IMG/VR virus record: IMGVR_UViG_3300042540_001015
Length of the DNA: 27,381 bases
Direction: 5' to 3' (one strand)
DNA from: an uncultured virus (IMG/VR IMGVR_UViG_3300042540_001015)
Lineage: Duplodnaviria > Heunggongvirae > Uroviricota > Caudoviricetes
Made by a program: the position numbers and the translations under genes
Shown: piece after piece, positions 15,399 through 23,044 of the stretch
Layout: each line of letters opens with the position of its first letter
Numbering within the stretch: position 1 is the stretch's first letter
Notes under the pieces: model-generated
What the model was told of the DNA's origin: nothing
Databases searched by the model: none
The model's input: the letters and a program-made list of their open reading frames with translations, nothing else

Positions 15399-16269
15399 CC
15401 TCCTCTCCGAGGACGAAGACCCGTTCTCGACGAACAAGGTCACGGGCTACTCACTGAACGTCCCGATCATCGGCACCTGCCAGCCTACGATCGTCTGCGC
15501 AGACACCTGCTACTTCGCCGCAGGCCCCTCGACCTGGACTGCAAGTCTCAGGAAGCAGCACCGTCTGATGAACTCGATCAAAGCCGATCCCCGGGGCGTC
15601 GCGGAGCGAATCGTGAAGTCGGCGCGTCGGAAGAAGATGACGTTCATCCGCTGGAACGGTGGCGGAGACTTGTTCGAGGAGTCGGTCGCGTGTCTCGACG
15701 CTGTGGCCGTCGCGATGCCGGACATTCCCCAGTGGGTCGTGAGCCGCATTCCGAAGATCGCTGCCCAAGTCACGCCCAGGCCTAACGTCTACTTGCACTT
15801 CAGTGTCGACCGCTCGTCGTGGGCTCGGCTCGAAGAGTTTCGCGGCCTCGCCCCGGCTGGCCTCCAGTGGTTCTGGTCGTATCAGTGCGACAAGGACGAG
15901 CAGCCCGCGAGCGGCGACATCGCCCCGGTGATCTTCCGCGACGGCTATGACCCGAAGGGGTCGCCATTGTTTGGAAACGATTGCCCACTCAATTCAAACG
16001 AGGACATCACCAACGTCTGCGAGGGATGCAGACGCTGCTTCAACGGAGGGGCCGTTGAAAGGGCAAAGGAATGCCGTGGATTGTCTACGAGACGAGGAAC
16101 ATCGTCACAGGAGACTTGTACGTCGGAGTCTGCAAAACAACTCGACCTAACTTTCACCTCTACCTCGGCAGCGGATCGGTCCTGCGAAACGCGGTCCGAA
16201 AGTACGGACGAGATTACTTCGAGCGGACGACGCTCATCGAAGTCGAGACGGCAGAGGAGGCCTACTTAA
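15355..16269 (+). CDS. Gp88-like putative Fe-S (radical-SAM-like) protein
   Basis: TCQPTIVCADTCY (Cx5Cx3C), IRWNGGGDLF, NVYLHFSVD, CP...CEGCRRC; about 65 C-terminal codons overlap the next gene. Confidence 0.7.
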   Translation: MSVKTLSKKHKPYSDLLSEDEDPFSTNKVTGYSLNVPIIGTCQPTIVCADTCYFAAGPSTWTASLRKQHRLMNSIKADPRGVAERIVKSARRKKMTFIRWNGGGDLFEESVACLDAVAVAMPDIPQWVVSRIPKIAAQVTPRPNVYLHFSVDRSSWARLEEFRGLAPAGLQWFWSYQCDKDEQPASGDIAPVIFRDGYDPKGSPLFGNDCPLNSNEDITNVCEGCRRCFNGGAVERAKECRGLSTRRGTSSQETCTSESAKQLDLTFTSTSAADRSCETRSESTDEITSSGRRSSKSRRQRRPT

Positions 16270-16619
16270 TCGAGGCGTCCGTCGTCGACGAGGAGTGGGT
16301 TGCGAGACCAGACACCTACAACCTCAAGACCGGCGGCATGGGAGGCATGGGATTTAGTTTCCCCATGCCAGAGGCGGCGAAGGAAAAGATCAGGCAGTAC
16401 AGGCTCGGAAGAAAGCACACGGAGGAGACGAAGTCAAAAATCAGAGACTCCGTGAAAGGACGAGTGTGGACTGATGAAGATCGCAGAAGGTGCTCGGAGG
16501 CCGCAACCAGATCAAACACAGGCCGAGTTTTGAGCGAGGAGACGCGACGCCTCCTGTCCGAGCGACAGAAAGCGGCGTGGGCGAGGGGTAGGAAGTCACG
16601 CAAGGGAGATGCCACTTGA
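16071..16619 (+). CDS. Free-standing GIY-YIG homing endonuclease (Seg-like) with NUMOD3-like repeats
   Basis: IVYETRN..TGDLYVG, YLGSG, KYG, YNLKTGG; GRKHTEETKSKI-type repeats; AAGGA SD-like sequence immediately upstream. Confidence 0.85.
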   Translation: MPWIVYETRNIVTGDLYVGVCKTTRPNFHLYLGSGSVLRNAVRKYGRDYFERTTLIEVETAEEAYLIEASVVDEEWVARPDTYNLKTGGMGGMGFSFPMPEAAKEKIRQYRLGRKHTEETKSKIRDSVKGRVWTDEDRRRCSEAATRSNTGRVLSEETRRLLSERQKAAWARGRKSRKGDAT

Positions 16620-16908
16620 ATCGACCATAACAAAATCGATCGTCGCGTCGGCCAAGTCTCGCGGGTGGTGGACTTTCAAGATCGCGGGTGGCCCGATGCA
16701 GACCTCGGGCATCCCCGACCTGCTCTGCGTGAAGAACGGGCAGGCAGTGTTCCTCGAAGTGAAGCAGCCCGGGAAGAAGCCGAGCGAATTGCAGAAACAT
16801 CGGATGCACGAGATACGGACGATCGGCGGAGCCACGGCGGAGACCGTGACCAGCAAGCAAGAAGCGGAAAGGATTCTCGATGAGAGAGATACCACTCACA
16901 CTCCCTGA
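16609..16908 (+). CDS. VRR-NUC domain nuclease
   Basis: LESTI...GIPDLL...FLEVKQPG...LQ. Confidence 0.85.
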   Translation: MPLESTITKSIVASAKSRGWWTFKIAGGPMQTSGIPDLLCVKNGQAVFLEVKQPGKKPSELQKHRMHEIRTIGGATAETVTSKQEAERILDERDTTHTP

Positions 16909-17353
16909 GTTGTCCACGGCTCTGAACGCCGCCTGGATGCGGATCGTCGCGAGCGCGGCGGCGGGGCTCAATCACAGGTCGACGTACAGTCGGCCGATGG
17001 TGCGTCGCATCCACGAGGAGTTCATCGGGGCCTGCGGAGAACTCGCCGTCGCCAAGGCGGCTGGCGTCTTCTTCCTGCCCAGCGTAAACACGTTCCATCG
17101 TGTCCCCGACTGCCTGGGCGATTGCGAAGTCCGGTCTACAGACCTCTCCGACGGCAGCCTGATCGTCCGCGACAACGACTCCGACGACCGGAAGTTCGTC
17201 CTGGCGATCGTCGCCGACGACACGGTCCGCCTCGTCGGCTGGCTCACAGGGGCCGAGGCCAAGAAGCAGGAGTGGCTCCGAGACCCGGACGGCCGCCGAC
17301 CGGCGTGGTTCGTCCCTCAGTCTTCTCTCCGTCCGATCGAGGAGGTGCTTTGA
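16880..17353 (+). CDS. Phage protein, possible PD-(D/E)XK-like fold
   Basis: GELAVAK...PD...EVRST...LVGW. Confidence 0.6.
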   Translation: MREIPLTLPELSTALNAAWMRIVASAAAGLNHRSTYSRPMVRRIHEEFIGACGELAVAKAAGVFFLPSVNTFHRVPDCLGDCEVRSTDLSDGSLIVRDNDSDDRKFVLAIVADDTVRLVGWLTGAEAKKQEWLRDPDGRRPAWFVPQSSLRPIEEVL

Positions 17354-17583
17354 TGGGCTGCATCACGTCTCGAAAAGAATGGCCGCCCCAGCCCAGGAAA
17401 CGCCCCGTCGTCAGGACGGAGAAGCGTCTCGTCATGGAGGGCGGGAAGTGGGTCAGCAAACTCGTGCAGATCACCGACTACACGATCGACTGGCCGTCGC
17501 TTAGGTGCTCGGGGTCGAGCCGGTCGGCAATGGAAGACACCTCCGGATACCAGGAAAATGCAATCCGAAACATGGAAGACTGA
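17353..17583 (+). CDS. Hypothetical protein
   Basis: GGAGG SD, TGATG coupling; MGCITSRKEW... Confidence 0.55.
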   Translation: MGCITSRKEWPPQPRKRPVVRTEKRLVMEGGKWVSKLVQITDYTIDWPSLRCSGSSRSAMEDTSGYQENAIRNMED

Positions 17584-17824
17584 GATCGCCGAAATCAACC
17601 CCGAGGCCCTCCTGGCCGATGGGTTCGAGGACGCCGCGATCGGATACGTCGTCAATCAGCACCACGCCCAGGTCGTCGTCTACGACTACGAGAAGTGTGT
17701 CGGCGTGCTCGTGACTCGCGACGGCATGACTGACGAAGAGGCGAGAGAGTATCTCGGGTTCAACACACTTTCCGCGTATGTTGGAGAGAACGGACCTATT
17801 TTTGTTGCGAGGTTTAATCAATGA
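17558..17824 (+). CDS. Conserved phage hypothetical protein
   Basis: ADGFEDAAIG...VYDYEK...EAREY..FN...AYVGE..PIF pattern recalled from aquatic phages. Confidence 0.75.
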   Translation: MQSETWKTEIAEINPEALLADGFEDAAIGYVVNQHHAQVVVYDYEKCVGVLVTRDGMTDEEAREYLGFNTLSAYVGENGPIFVARFNQ

Positions 17825-18234
17825 GTTGGCTGTTCGGCGGCGTGATCGCTGCCATCGACAGGCTCACCGCAGAAACACGGCGACAGACGCAATGGATGCG
17901 TCGGCCAAGTGTGAGAGTTTGGCAGACACATAGGAGGGCAAATATGCTCATCTATTCGGTAACCGCTTCGGCTCCGTCCGCAGCGGATGTGGTTGAGAGG
18001 CGGTTGACGGTTGAAGTTTCCGGCCAGGACGCGGTGAGCACCACCCACCCGGGCGAGGAGACGAACCTTGGCGAGATCGCGGTCCCCCAGGACTCGACTG
18101 CTCGTCTTTCCCTGGTCGACGTTGACGACGCCGGGAACGTGAGTGAACCGGCCGTGTTCGAGTTCACGGCGGTCGACACGATCCCCCCGGCCGCCCCGGG
18201 GCAGTTCGGCGTCACGCTGGTTCGAGAAGAGTAA
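17821..18234 (+). CDS. Ig/FnIII-like beta-sandwich protein (alternative start 17944)
   Basis: DDAGNVSEP and DTIPPAAP motifs; internal AGGAGG before ATG 17944. Confidence 0.65.
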   Translation: MSWLFGGVIAAIDRLTAETRRQTQWMRRPSVRVWQTHRRANMLIYSVTASAPSAADVVERRLTVEVSGQDAVSTTHPGEETNLGEIAVPQDSTARLSLVDVDDAGNVSEPAVFEFTAVDTIPPAAPGQFGVTLVREE

Positions 18235-18241
18235 TTCAGAC

Positions 18242-18283
18242 GCAGGCGGCGAGGACATCAACTCGCCGCCTGCTTCCCTGTTT
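18242..18283 (+). terminator. Possible terminator hairpin
   Basis: Perfect 12-bp stem GCAGGCGGCGAG/CTCGCCGCCTGC followed by a weak tail TTCCCTGTTT. Confidence 0.55.
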
Positions 18284-18295
18284 GGAGATTTCAAG

Positions 18296-18388
18296 ATGGT
18301 GAAGATTGAGAGAAAGGTTTCAGCCCCAAAGAAACCCGAGCCCGTGAAAGTGAAGATCGAGGAGAAAAAAACGGTGAAAATCCGTTGA
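18296..18388 (+). CDS. 30-aa Lys-rich micropeptide
   Basis: GGAG SD; MVKIERKVSAPKKPEPVKVKIEEKKTVKIR. Confidence 0.5.
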   Translation: MVKIERKVSAPKKPEPVKVKIEEKKTVKIR

Positions 18389-18413
18389 CCGTTTGTATGG
18401 ATACGGGTACTGT
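18385..18413 (+). promoter_or_regulatory. Sigma70-type promoter with the repeated motif in its spacer
   Basis: TTGACC-N17-TACTGT; spacer contains GTATGGATACGGG (18395-18407); ATG 9 nt downstream, so probably near-leaderless. Confidence 0.6.
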
Positions 18414-18422
18414 ACGGTCCGC

Positions 18423-18830
18423 ATGGATGCTGTAGTTATCACCGTCGGACGCCTCTCGGACTCAGACGCCTCCGTCATCGCGTCGTCGATGACTCGGCCG
18501 GGCTCCGAGTTTCAAGAAGAGGTCAAGTCTCGCGAAGGCAGCACCACGCCGATCGCGATCATTCGCGACGCCGGAGACCCGGTCGTCGCCTGGGCTGCGA
18601 CTCACGACTGGCGAGGGATGCAGACGCTGGAGGGCTACACGAAGGAGCCGTTCCGCCGTCGTGGCCTCGCCCGTGCTGCCGCCTCGCTGCTCGCGGCCGC
18701 CGGGCACATTGACTCACAAAGGACAACTGCGGTCTTTGCGCCTTACTGCGTGGAGATCGCCCGGAGCGTTGGCTGCCGTGACGTTCGCCTGTTCGAGCGT
18801 CGCGGCGGGGAGTGGTTGGAAAACTCGTAG
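18423..18830 (+). CDS. GNAT-family N-acetyltransferase
   Basis: Acetyl-CoA motif A: YTKEPFRRRGLA. Confidence 0.72.
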   Translation: MDAVVITVGRLSDSDASVIASSMTRPGSEFQEEVKSREGSTTPIAIIRDAGDPVVAWAATHDWRGMQTLEGYTKEPFRRRGLARAAASLLAAAGHIDSQRTTAVFAPYCVEIARSVGCRDVRLFERRGGEWLENS

Positions 18831-18847
18831 AAGAAGGGATTCTTCAC

Positions 18848-19240
18848 ATGATTGCGTACCTTTTGATGCTCGTGGCCCAGGTGGCCGTTTCGCCGGAGCC
18901 GTGCTCGGTCCTGACTCCAGGCGAGAACCAACTCGTCGAGAAGACGAACGAGGCTCGCATCACGAACGGACTCGCTCCGCTTGTGATCGACTGCCGACTG
19001 ATGGGATCGGCTCGTCGCCACGCTCGTCGCTTGGCAAGGGAGATGGCTTTCTACCACTCGACCGGAGTGGCGGAGAACATCGCCACGGGCCAGCCGTTTG
19101 CGAGCGACGCTGTCGTCGTTTGGCTTCACTCGCCAGGGCACCGAGCCAACATCCTGGGCAGGAACTACAGCCGAATCGGCGTGGCCGGGTTCGTAGCCCC
19201 CAACGGCAAGACCTACTGGGTGCAACAGTTCGCACCGTGA
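18848..19240 (+). CDS. Secreted CAP/SCP-domain protein (YkwD-like)
   Basis: Hydrophobic N-terminus; NEAR...GLAPL, AENIA.GQ, WLHSPGHRANIL, YWVQQF. Confidence 0.88.
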   Translation: MIAYLLMLVAQVAVSPEPCSVLTPGENQLVEKTNEARITNGLAPLVIDCRLMGSARRHARRLAREMAFYHSTGVAENIATGQPFASDAVVVWLHSPGHRANILGRNYSRIGVAGFVAPNGKTYWVQQFAP

Positions 19241-19253
19241 CCGTCCCCTCCGG

Positions 19254-19302
19254 TGGTTCGCCCTCGCCAGCGGCTGGGTAGGCCGTTGGCGGGGGCGGGC
19301 CA
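19254..19302 (+). other. 21-bp intergenic RNA hairpin
   Basis: Fully paired stem with four G-U wobbles and a 7-nt loop. Confidence 0.65.
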
Positions 19303-19358
19303 TTCGGGATTTCTCAGAGAGGAAGAAATGATCGGTTGGCTTTTTAGGAGGATTTTCG

Positions 19359-19685
19359 GTGGACACGACAATTCGGCGGGACGAATTCGAGAAACTCTGG
19401 CTGAAGACAACGCCGTCGGAAATGGCGGCGAAGTACGGCATCTCACGGATGGCGATTTACTACCGAGCAAAATCGTTCGGGCTGCCGACGCGAGCGGAGA
19501 TCGAGGAGAGCCTGGAGAGTCCAACCGCCGAAGAAATCCTGGAGCGAGCCGCCGAGGTGCGAAAAAGGTGGTCCCACGAGGAGGAGCAAAAACGCCTCGT
19601 CGGAAACCGGGGGACGGGAAGAAAGTGGACCGCTCCAGAGATCAGGGTCGGTGAAATAGAATCACCTTCGTTTTCGAGGATTTAA
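19359..19685 (+). CDS. HTH protein (GcrA-N-like), paralog of 22349..22738
   Basis: AGGAGG SD; FEKLW...MAAKYGIS...FGLPTR; PTAEEI...WSHEE. Confidence 0.7.
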   Translation: MDTTIRRDEFEKLWLKTTPSEMAAKYGISRMAIYYRAKSFGLPTRAEIEESLESPTAEEILERAAEVRKRWSHEEEQKRLVGNRGTGRKWTAPEIRVGEIESPSFSRI

Positions 19686-20245
19686 TGAACAGACTTACTC
19701 GCGCCCTCAGTATTCCTGGGTGGATGAGCCCAGGCGAACTGGCTTGGCTGGAGAGCCAAGCAAAGACGGCCGCCCTTGCAATTGAGTTGGGCTCCTGGAG
19801 GGGGCGTTCGAGCGTGGCCCTAACGGCCGCCGACTCCCTTGTCTGTGTCGACAAGTTCTTCGATCAAGCCCAGGAGACAGGCACCGGGCAGGACCTTCTT
19901 CCGTTTTTTCTGGAGTCGACGCTCCCCTTTCGGGATAAGGTCACGGCAATTCGGGGAGACATCAGTAGCGAAGAGTTCTCAGAGTCTCTCGTGAGCCAGT
20001 ACGGAGGAAAGGCGGACCTCGTCTTTGTCGACGCCTCGCACGACGAGGCGAGCGTCCGAAGGGACATCGCGCTGGCTCGTCGGCTGGGCAGCCCGTCTGC
20101 GGTCATCTGCGGGCACGACTTCTCGCCAGCGTGGCCGGGCGTTATGGCTGCCGTAACGTCCCTCGTTCCTGGATTTTCTGTCGCTGCGGACAGCATATGG
20201 TGGAGAGTAAATGAAACTTTCGATACTGACAGTCACTCGATTTGA
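19685..20245 (+). CDS. Class I SAM-dependent methyltransferase (Methyltransf_24-like)
   Basis: IELGSWRGRSS, CVDKF, DLVFVDASHD, ICGHDF...WPGV. Confidence 0.88.
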   Translation: MNRLTRALSIPGWMSPGELAWLESQAKTAALAIELGSWRGRSSVALTAADSLVCVDKFFDQAQETGTGQDLLPFFLESTLPFRDKVTAIRGDISSEEFSESLVSQYGGKADLVFVDASHDEASVRRDIALARRLGSPSAVICGHDFSPAWPGVMAAVTSLVPGFSVAADSIWWRVNETFDTDSHSI

Positions 20246-20858
20246 AAGACACACGCCTCGATTCCTTCGGCACTTCCGCGCTGTCGCGGACATCCTCGGG
20301 GCAGAGTTCGTCGTTGGGTGCGACAGGTGTGAGCCAGCAGAGTGCGGCGCAGACATTTACGTTCCTGTCGAAACACGAGGAATGATCGAGCACGCCCTCA
20401 TAGAGGCGCACGACGCGTGCTCGGGCGAGTACGTTCTACGACTCGACGATGACGAGACACTAAGCGCGGCTGCGATCTTCGCCGTGGCGGACTGGTCGCG
20501 ACTTGATTCTGACGAAAAGGTTTACGCATTCCCGCGAGCGAATCTTTGGGGAGACGAAAAGCACGCAATCGTCTCGGGCTCGTTGTTTCCGGACCTGCAA
20601 ACAAGGCTGATGCCGCGAGGTAGAGAAAACAGGACTCGCCTTCATCAGGCAATAGACACAAGTTCGACGATCCCTGGGATGATCCTCCATCACAAGTTTC
20701 TCGTGAAGACGAGGGAGGAGAGGGAGGAGATTGCCATCAGATACGAAGAGATCGACCCCGGCGGCGGGAGCGGGCACTACCTCCAGTTTTCCGTCCCGGA
20801 ATCGTGCTTCGATATTGAGGTTCAGCCGGTTCTCTCCGGGTGGGTTTCACGAAAATGA
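20211..20858 (+). CDS. GT2-like glycosyltransferase
   Basis: MKLSILTVT, GEYVLRLDDDE (DxD), FPRANLW, PDLQTRL, ILHH. Confidence 0.75.
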   Translation: MKLSILTVTRFERHTPRFLRHFRAVADILGAEFVVGCDRCEPAECGADIYVPVETRGMIEHALIEAHDACSGEYVLRLDDDETLSAAAIFAVADWSRLDSDEKVYAFPRANLWGDEKHAIVSGSLFPDLQTRLMPRGRENRTRLHQAIDTSSTIPGMILHHKFLVKTREEREEIAIRYEEIDPGGGSGHYLQFSVPESCFDIEVQPVLSGWVSRK

Positions 20859-21499
20859 TCCTCCTCATCCAGTCCTACTCAACCGGCGACGAAACTCGCG
20901 ACGCTGAGATCGCGAGGTGCAGGAAGGAGAACGCGGGGTCCGGAGTCTTCGACCGGATCGCGACAATCGACGGAGACAAGGAGAGATGGACGCTCGGCGG
21001 ATTGATGGACGTGTGCCACAAGGAGTTCCCGGGCGAAGTCTGCGTCGTCGCCAACAGCGACATCGTCTTCGACCCCTCGTGCGGACAGGCCGCATCCCTG
21101 CTTGAGAAGTGCTCGCTCCTGGCACTGACTCGGTGGGAGTCTCCTAAGTCGCCGCGAATGCTCGGCCACTACGAGAGCGAGAAGTTCTTCAGCGGCACTC
21201 AGGATAGTTGGTTCTTTGTTGGCGATTCGATCCCGTCGATCGACATCGAGATTCCGATGGGCCACATCGGCTGCGACAACGTGCTCGTGGGCTGGGCTGT
21301 GGCGAACGGAGTTCGCATCGCGGACCCCGCCCTGTCTCTCAAGACGTTCCACGTCCACGCCGACGAGGGCAGGCCAGAGCGGCCGAGTGTCTACGGGTAC
21401 TACGGGTACCCCGAGTTAACCACGTCCGATCTTTCTCCGTATGTGCTCTGCCACCAATGCGAAGAGAAGGGGTACACGCACCTGTGCAAATTCAACTGA
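20855..21499 (+). CDS. Putative GT-A fold glycosyltransferase
   Basis: VVANSDIVFD, ALTRW, TQDSWFF, GCDN, FHVH; ATGA overlap. Confidence 0.6.
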   Translation: MILLIQSYSTGDETRDAEIARCRKENAGSGVFDRIATIDGDKERWTLGGLMDVCHKEFPGEVCVVANSDIVFDPSCGQAASLLEKCSLLALTRWESPKSPRMLGHYESEKFFSGTQDSWFFVGDSIPSIDIEIPMGHIGCDNVLVGWAVANGVRIADPALSLKTFHVHADEGRPERPSVYGYYGYPELTTSDLSPYVLCHQCEEKGYTHLCKFN

Positions 21500-22458
21500 G
21501 CCTCGCAGAGATTCAGAGACATGACGTCGACCTGATCCTCAAGCCGGACCCAGAGTTCGCGGCCGAGTACGACCGTCGAGTGATGCTCGGCAAGCAGGCG
21601 GCCAAGTTTCGTTCAGTAGCGTTCGTCGCCATCTGCCGCAACGCGATGCCGTTCCTGCCATTCACCCTCAAGCGTGTCGAGCAGGCCGGGTCGATGTTCC
21701 GCCACGCGTGGACGTTCGTCTATGAGAATGACTCCACGGACGAGACCAAGGATTTTCTCACACACTGGAAGTCGAGCGGCCCCGAGCGTTTCGTCGAGAT
21801 GCGAAACAACGGGCGACCGCATCTCAACTACACGAAGACCGCCGAGAGGACGCACGCGCTCGCCGAGTACCGCAATCAGTGCCGACTCTGGGTCGCCGAG
21901 AAGACGAACGCCGATTACGTCGTGGTCTTCGACGCAGACCCCTGGGGCGGATTCAGTGTCGACGGAATCGCGAACACGATCGGTCACCTCGAAGACTTCC
22001 GCGATTATCAAAACGCCTCGTGCTTCGCGAGTTACTCGTGGTGCCAGTGGGGCCCACCGGCCTGGACGCAGCCAACCGTGTGCCACTACGACGCCTGGGC
22101 CGCGAGGTGGACGTGGTGGAAAGAACGCCAGGACATGATCTGGTTCCATCTCTGGCACCCGCCCGTCGGCTCGCCTCCGGTCAAGTTCCACAGTGCATTC
22201 GGGCAACTAGCCGTCTACAGGGCGAGAAATTACATCGGCGGTCTCTACGAAGGGGGAGATTGCGAGCACGTTTCGTTTCACAAGTCTCTGGGAGGGGACC
22301 TCTATATCAACCCGTCATCGCGGGTTGTCTCCTTCTGGATTCCTGAACATGAGCGGCAAGAAGCCGAAGGTCGTCGTATGCACGGCGACGTTCACGAAAA
22401 TGTGGCTGGCGGGGACGCCGACCAGGATCATCGCCGAAACGCTGAAGATCACGGCTGA
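21484..22458 (+). CDS. CAP59/GT69-like glycosyltransferase
   Basis: VYENDSTDET, LAEYRN, VFDAD, YDAWAAR, SAFGQLAVY, CEHV; start codon inferred (GTG 21484). Confidence 0.72.
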   Translation: MQIQLSLAEIQRHDVDLILKPDPEFAAEYDRRVMLGKQAAKFRSVAFVAICRNAMPFLPFTLKRVEQAGSMFRHAWTFVYENDSTDETKDFLTHWKSSGPERFVEMRNNGRPHLNYTKTAERTHALAEYRNQCRLWVAEKTNADYVVVFDADPWGGFSVDGIANTIGHLEDFRDYQNASCFASYSWCQWGPPAWTQPTVCHYDAWAARWTWWKERQDMIWFHLWHPPVGSPPVKFHSAFGQLAVYRARNYIGGLYEGGDCEHVSFHKSLGGDLYINPSSRVVSFWIPEHERQEAEGRRMHGDVHENVAGGDADQDHRRNAEDHG

Positions 22459-22738
22459 TCGCTGCGACGTCACCCGAAGAGAGTTAGGCCTGCCTCGCCG
22501 GGAGAGTTGGCATGGCGCAAAGACGGGCCACCGCAAGGCCTACGTCCCGAGCGAGTCCGAGATCAAACAGAAATGCCTGGAGTTCCAGGCAGGATGGAGC
22601 GACGAGGAGCGAGCGCGGCGGCGAGTGGGATGGAAGCCCGAGCCCGACCCAGTCGTGATCCGGTCGTTCCCGGACGCGATCTTCGAGGTCGATCGTGACG
22701 TTTCCACGTTCTTGGAGGACCTCACCGATCGCTGTTAG
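22349..22738 (+). CDS. HTH protein, paralog of 19359..19685
   Basis: FTKMWLAG...IAETLKIT...ELGLPRR; PSESEI...WSDEE. Confidence 0.7.
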   Translation: MSGKKPKVVVCTATFTKMWLAGTPTRIIAETLKITADRCDVTRRELGLPRRESWHGAKTGHRKAYVPSESEIKQKCLEFQAGWSDEERARRRVGWKPEPDPVVIRSFPDAIFEVDRDVSTFLEDLTDRC

Positions 22739-22774
22739 TCTGGATATGAGTAGGCGATCACACGGAGGTCGATC

Positions 22775-23044
22775 ATGCCAGACGCCAAGAATCTCTCGGT
22801 TTGGGAGAAAATCCGCATCATTCAAGAGTGGGCACCTGTCGCAACCTACATCCAGGCGTTCCTGGCCGAGCGTGACACTCACGGCAAGGCCGTGATCGTT
22901 GCCGACGCCTGCGAGTGGCTCGCCGGTAAGTCTCAAACCAAGGTCGACGACGAACTCGTGTCGCACCTGACCGCCGTTCTCAAGTCGCCCCAGGGCGAGT
23001 CCCTGCTTCGCTGGGTCTCGGCCAAGATCGAGGGCGAGAAGTGA
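22775..23044 (+). CDS. Hypothetical protein
   Basis: GGAGG SD; first gene of a tightly coupled cluster. Confidence 0.7.
   Translation: MPDAKNLSVWEKIRIIQEWAPVATYIQAFLAERDTHGKAVIVADACEWLAGKSQTKVDDELVSHLTAVLKSPQGESLLRWVSAKIEGEK

Noticed and set aside
16071..16608. Group I intron carrying the endonuclease
   Set aside because: The ORF fills the whole inserted segment, leaving no room for a ribozyme core.
1361..18407. GTACGGATAC copies as a CRISPR or mini-array
   Set aside because: Too short, degenerate and widely dispersed; no regular spacers and no cas genes.
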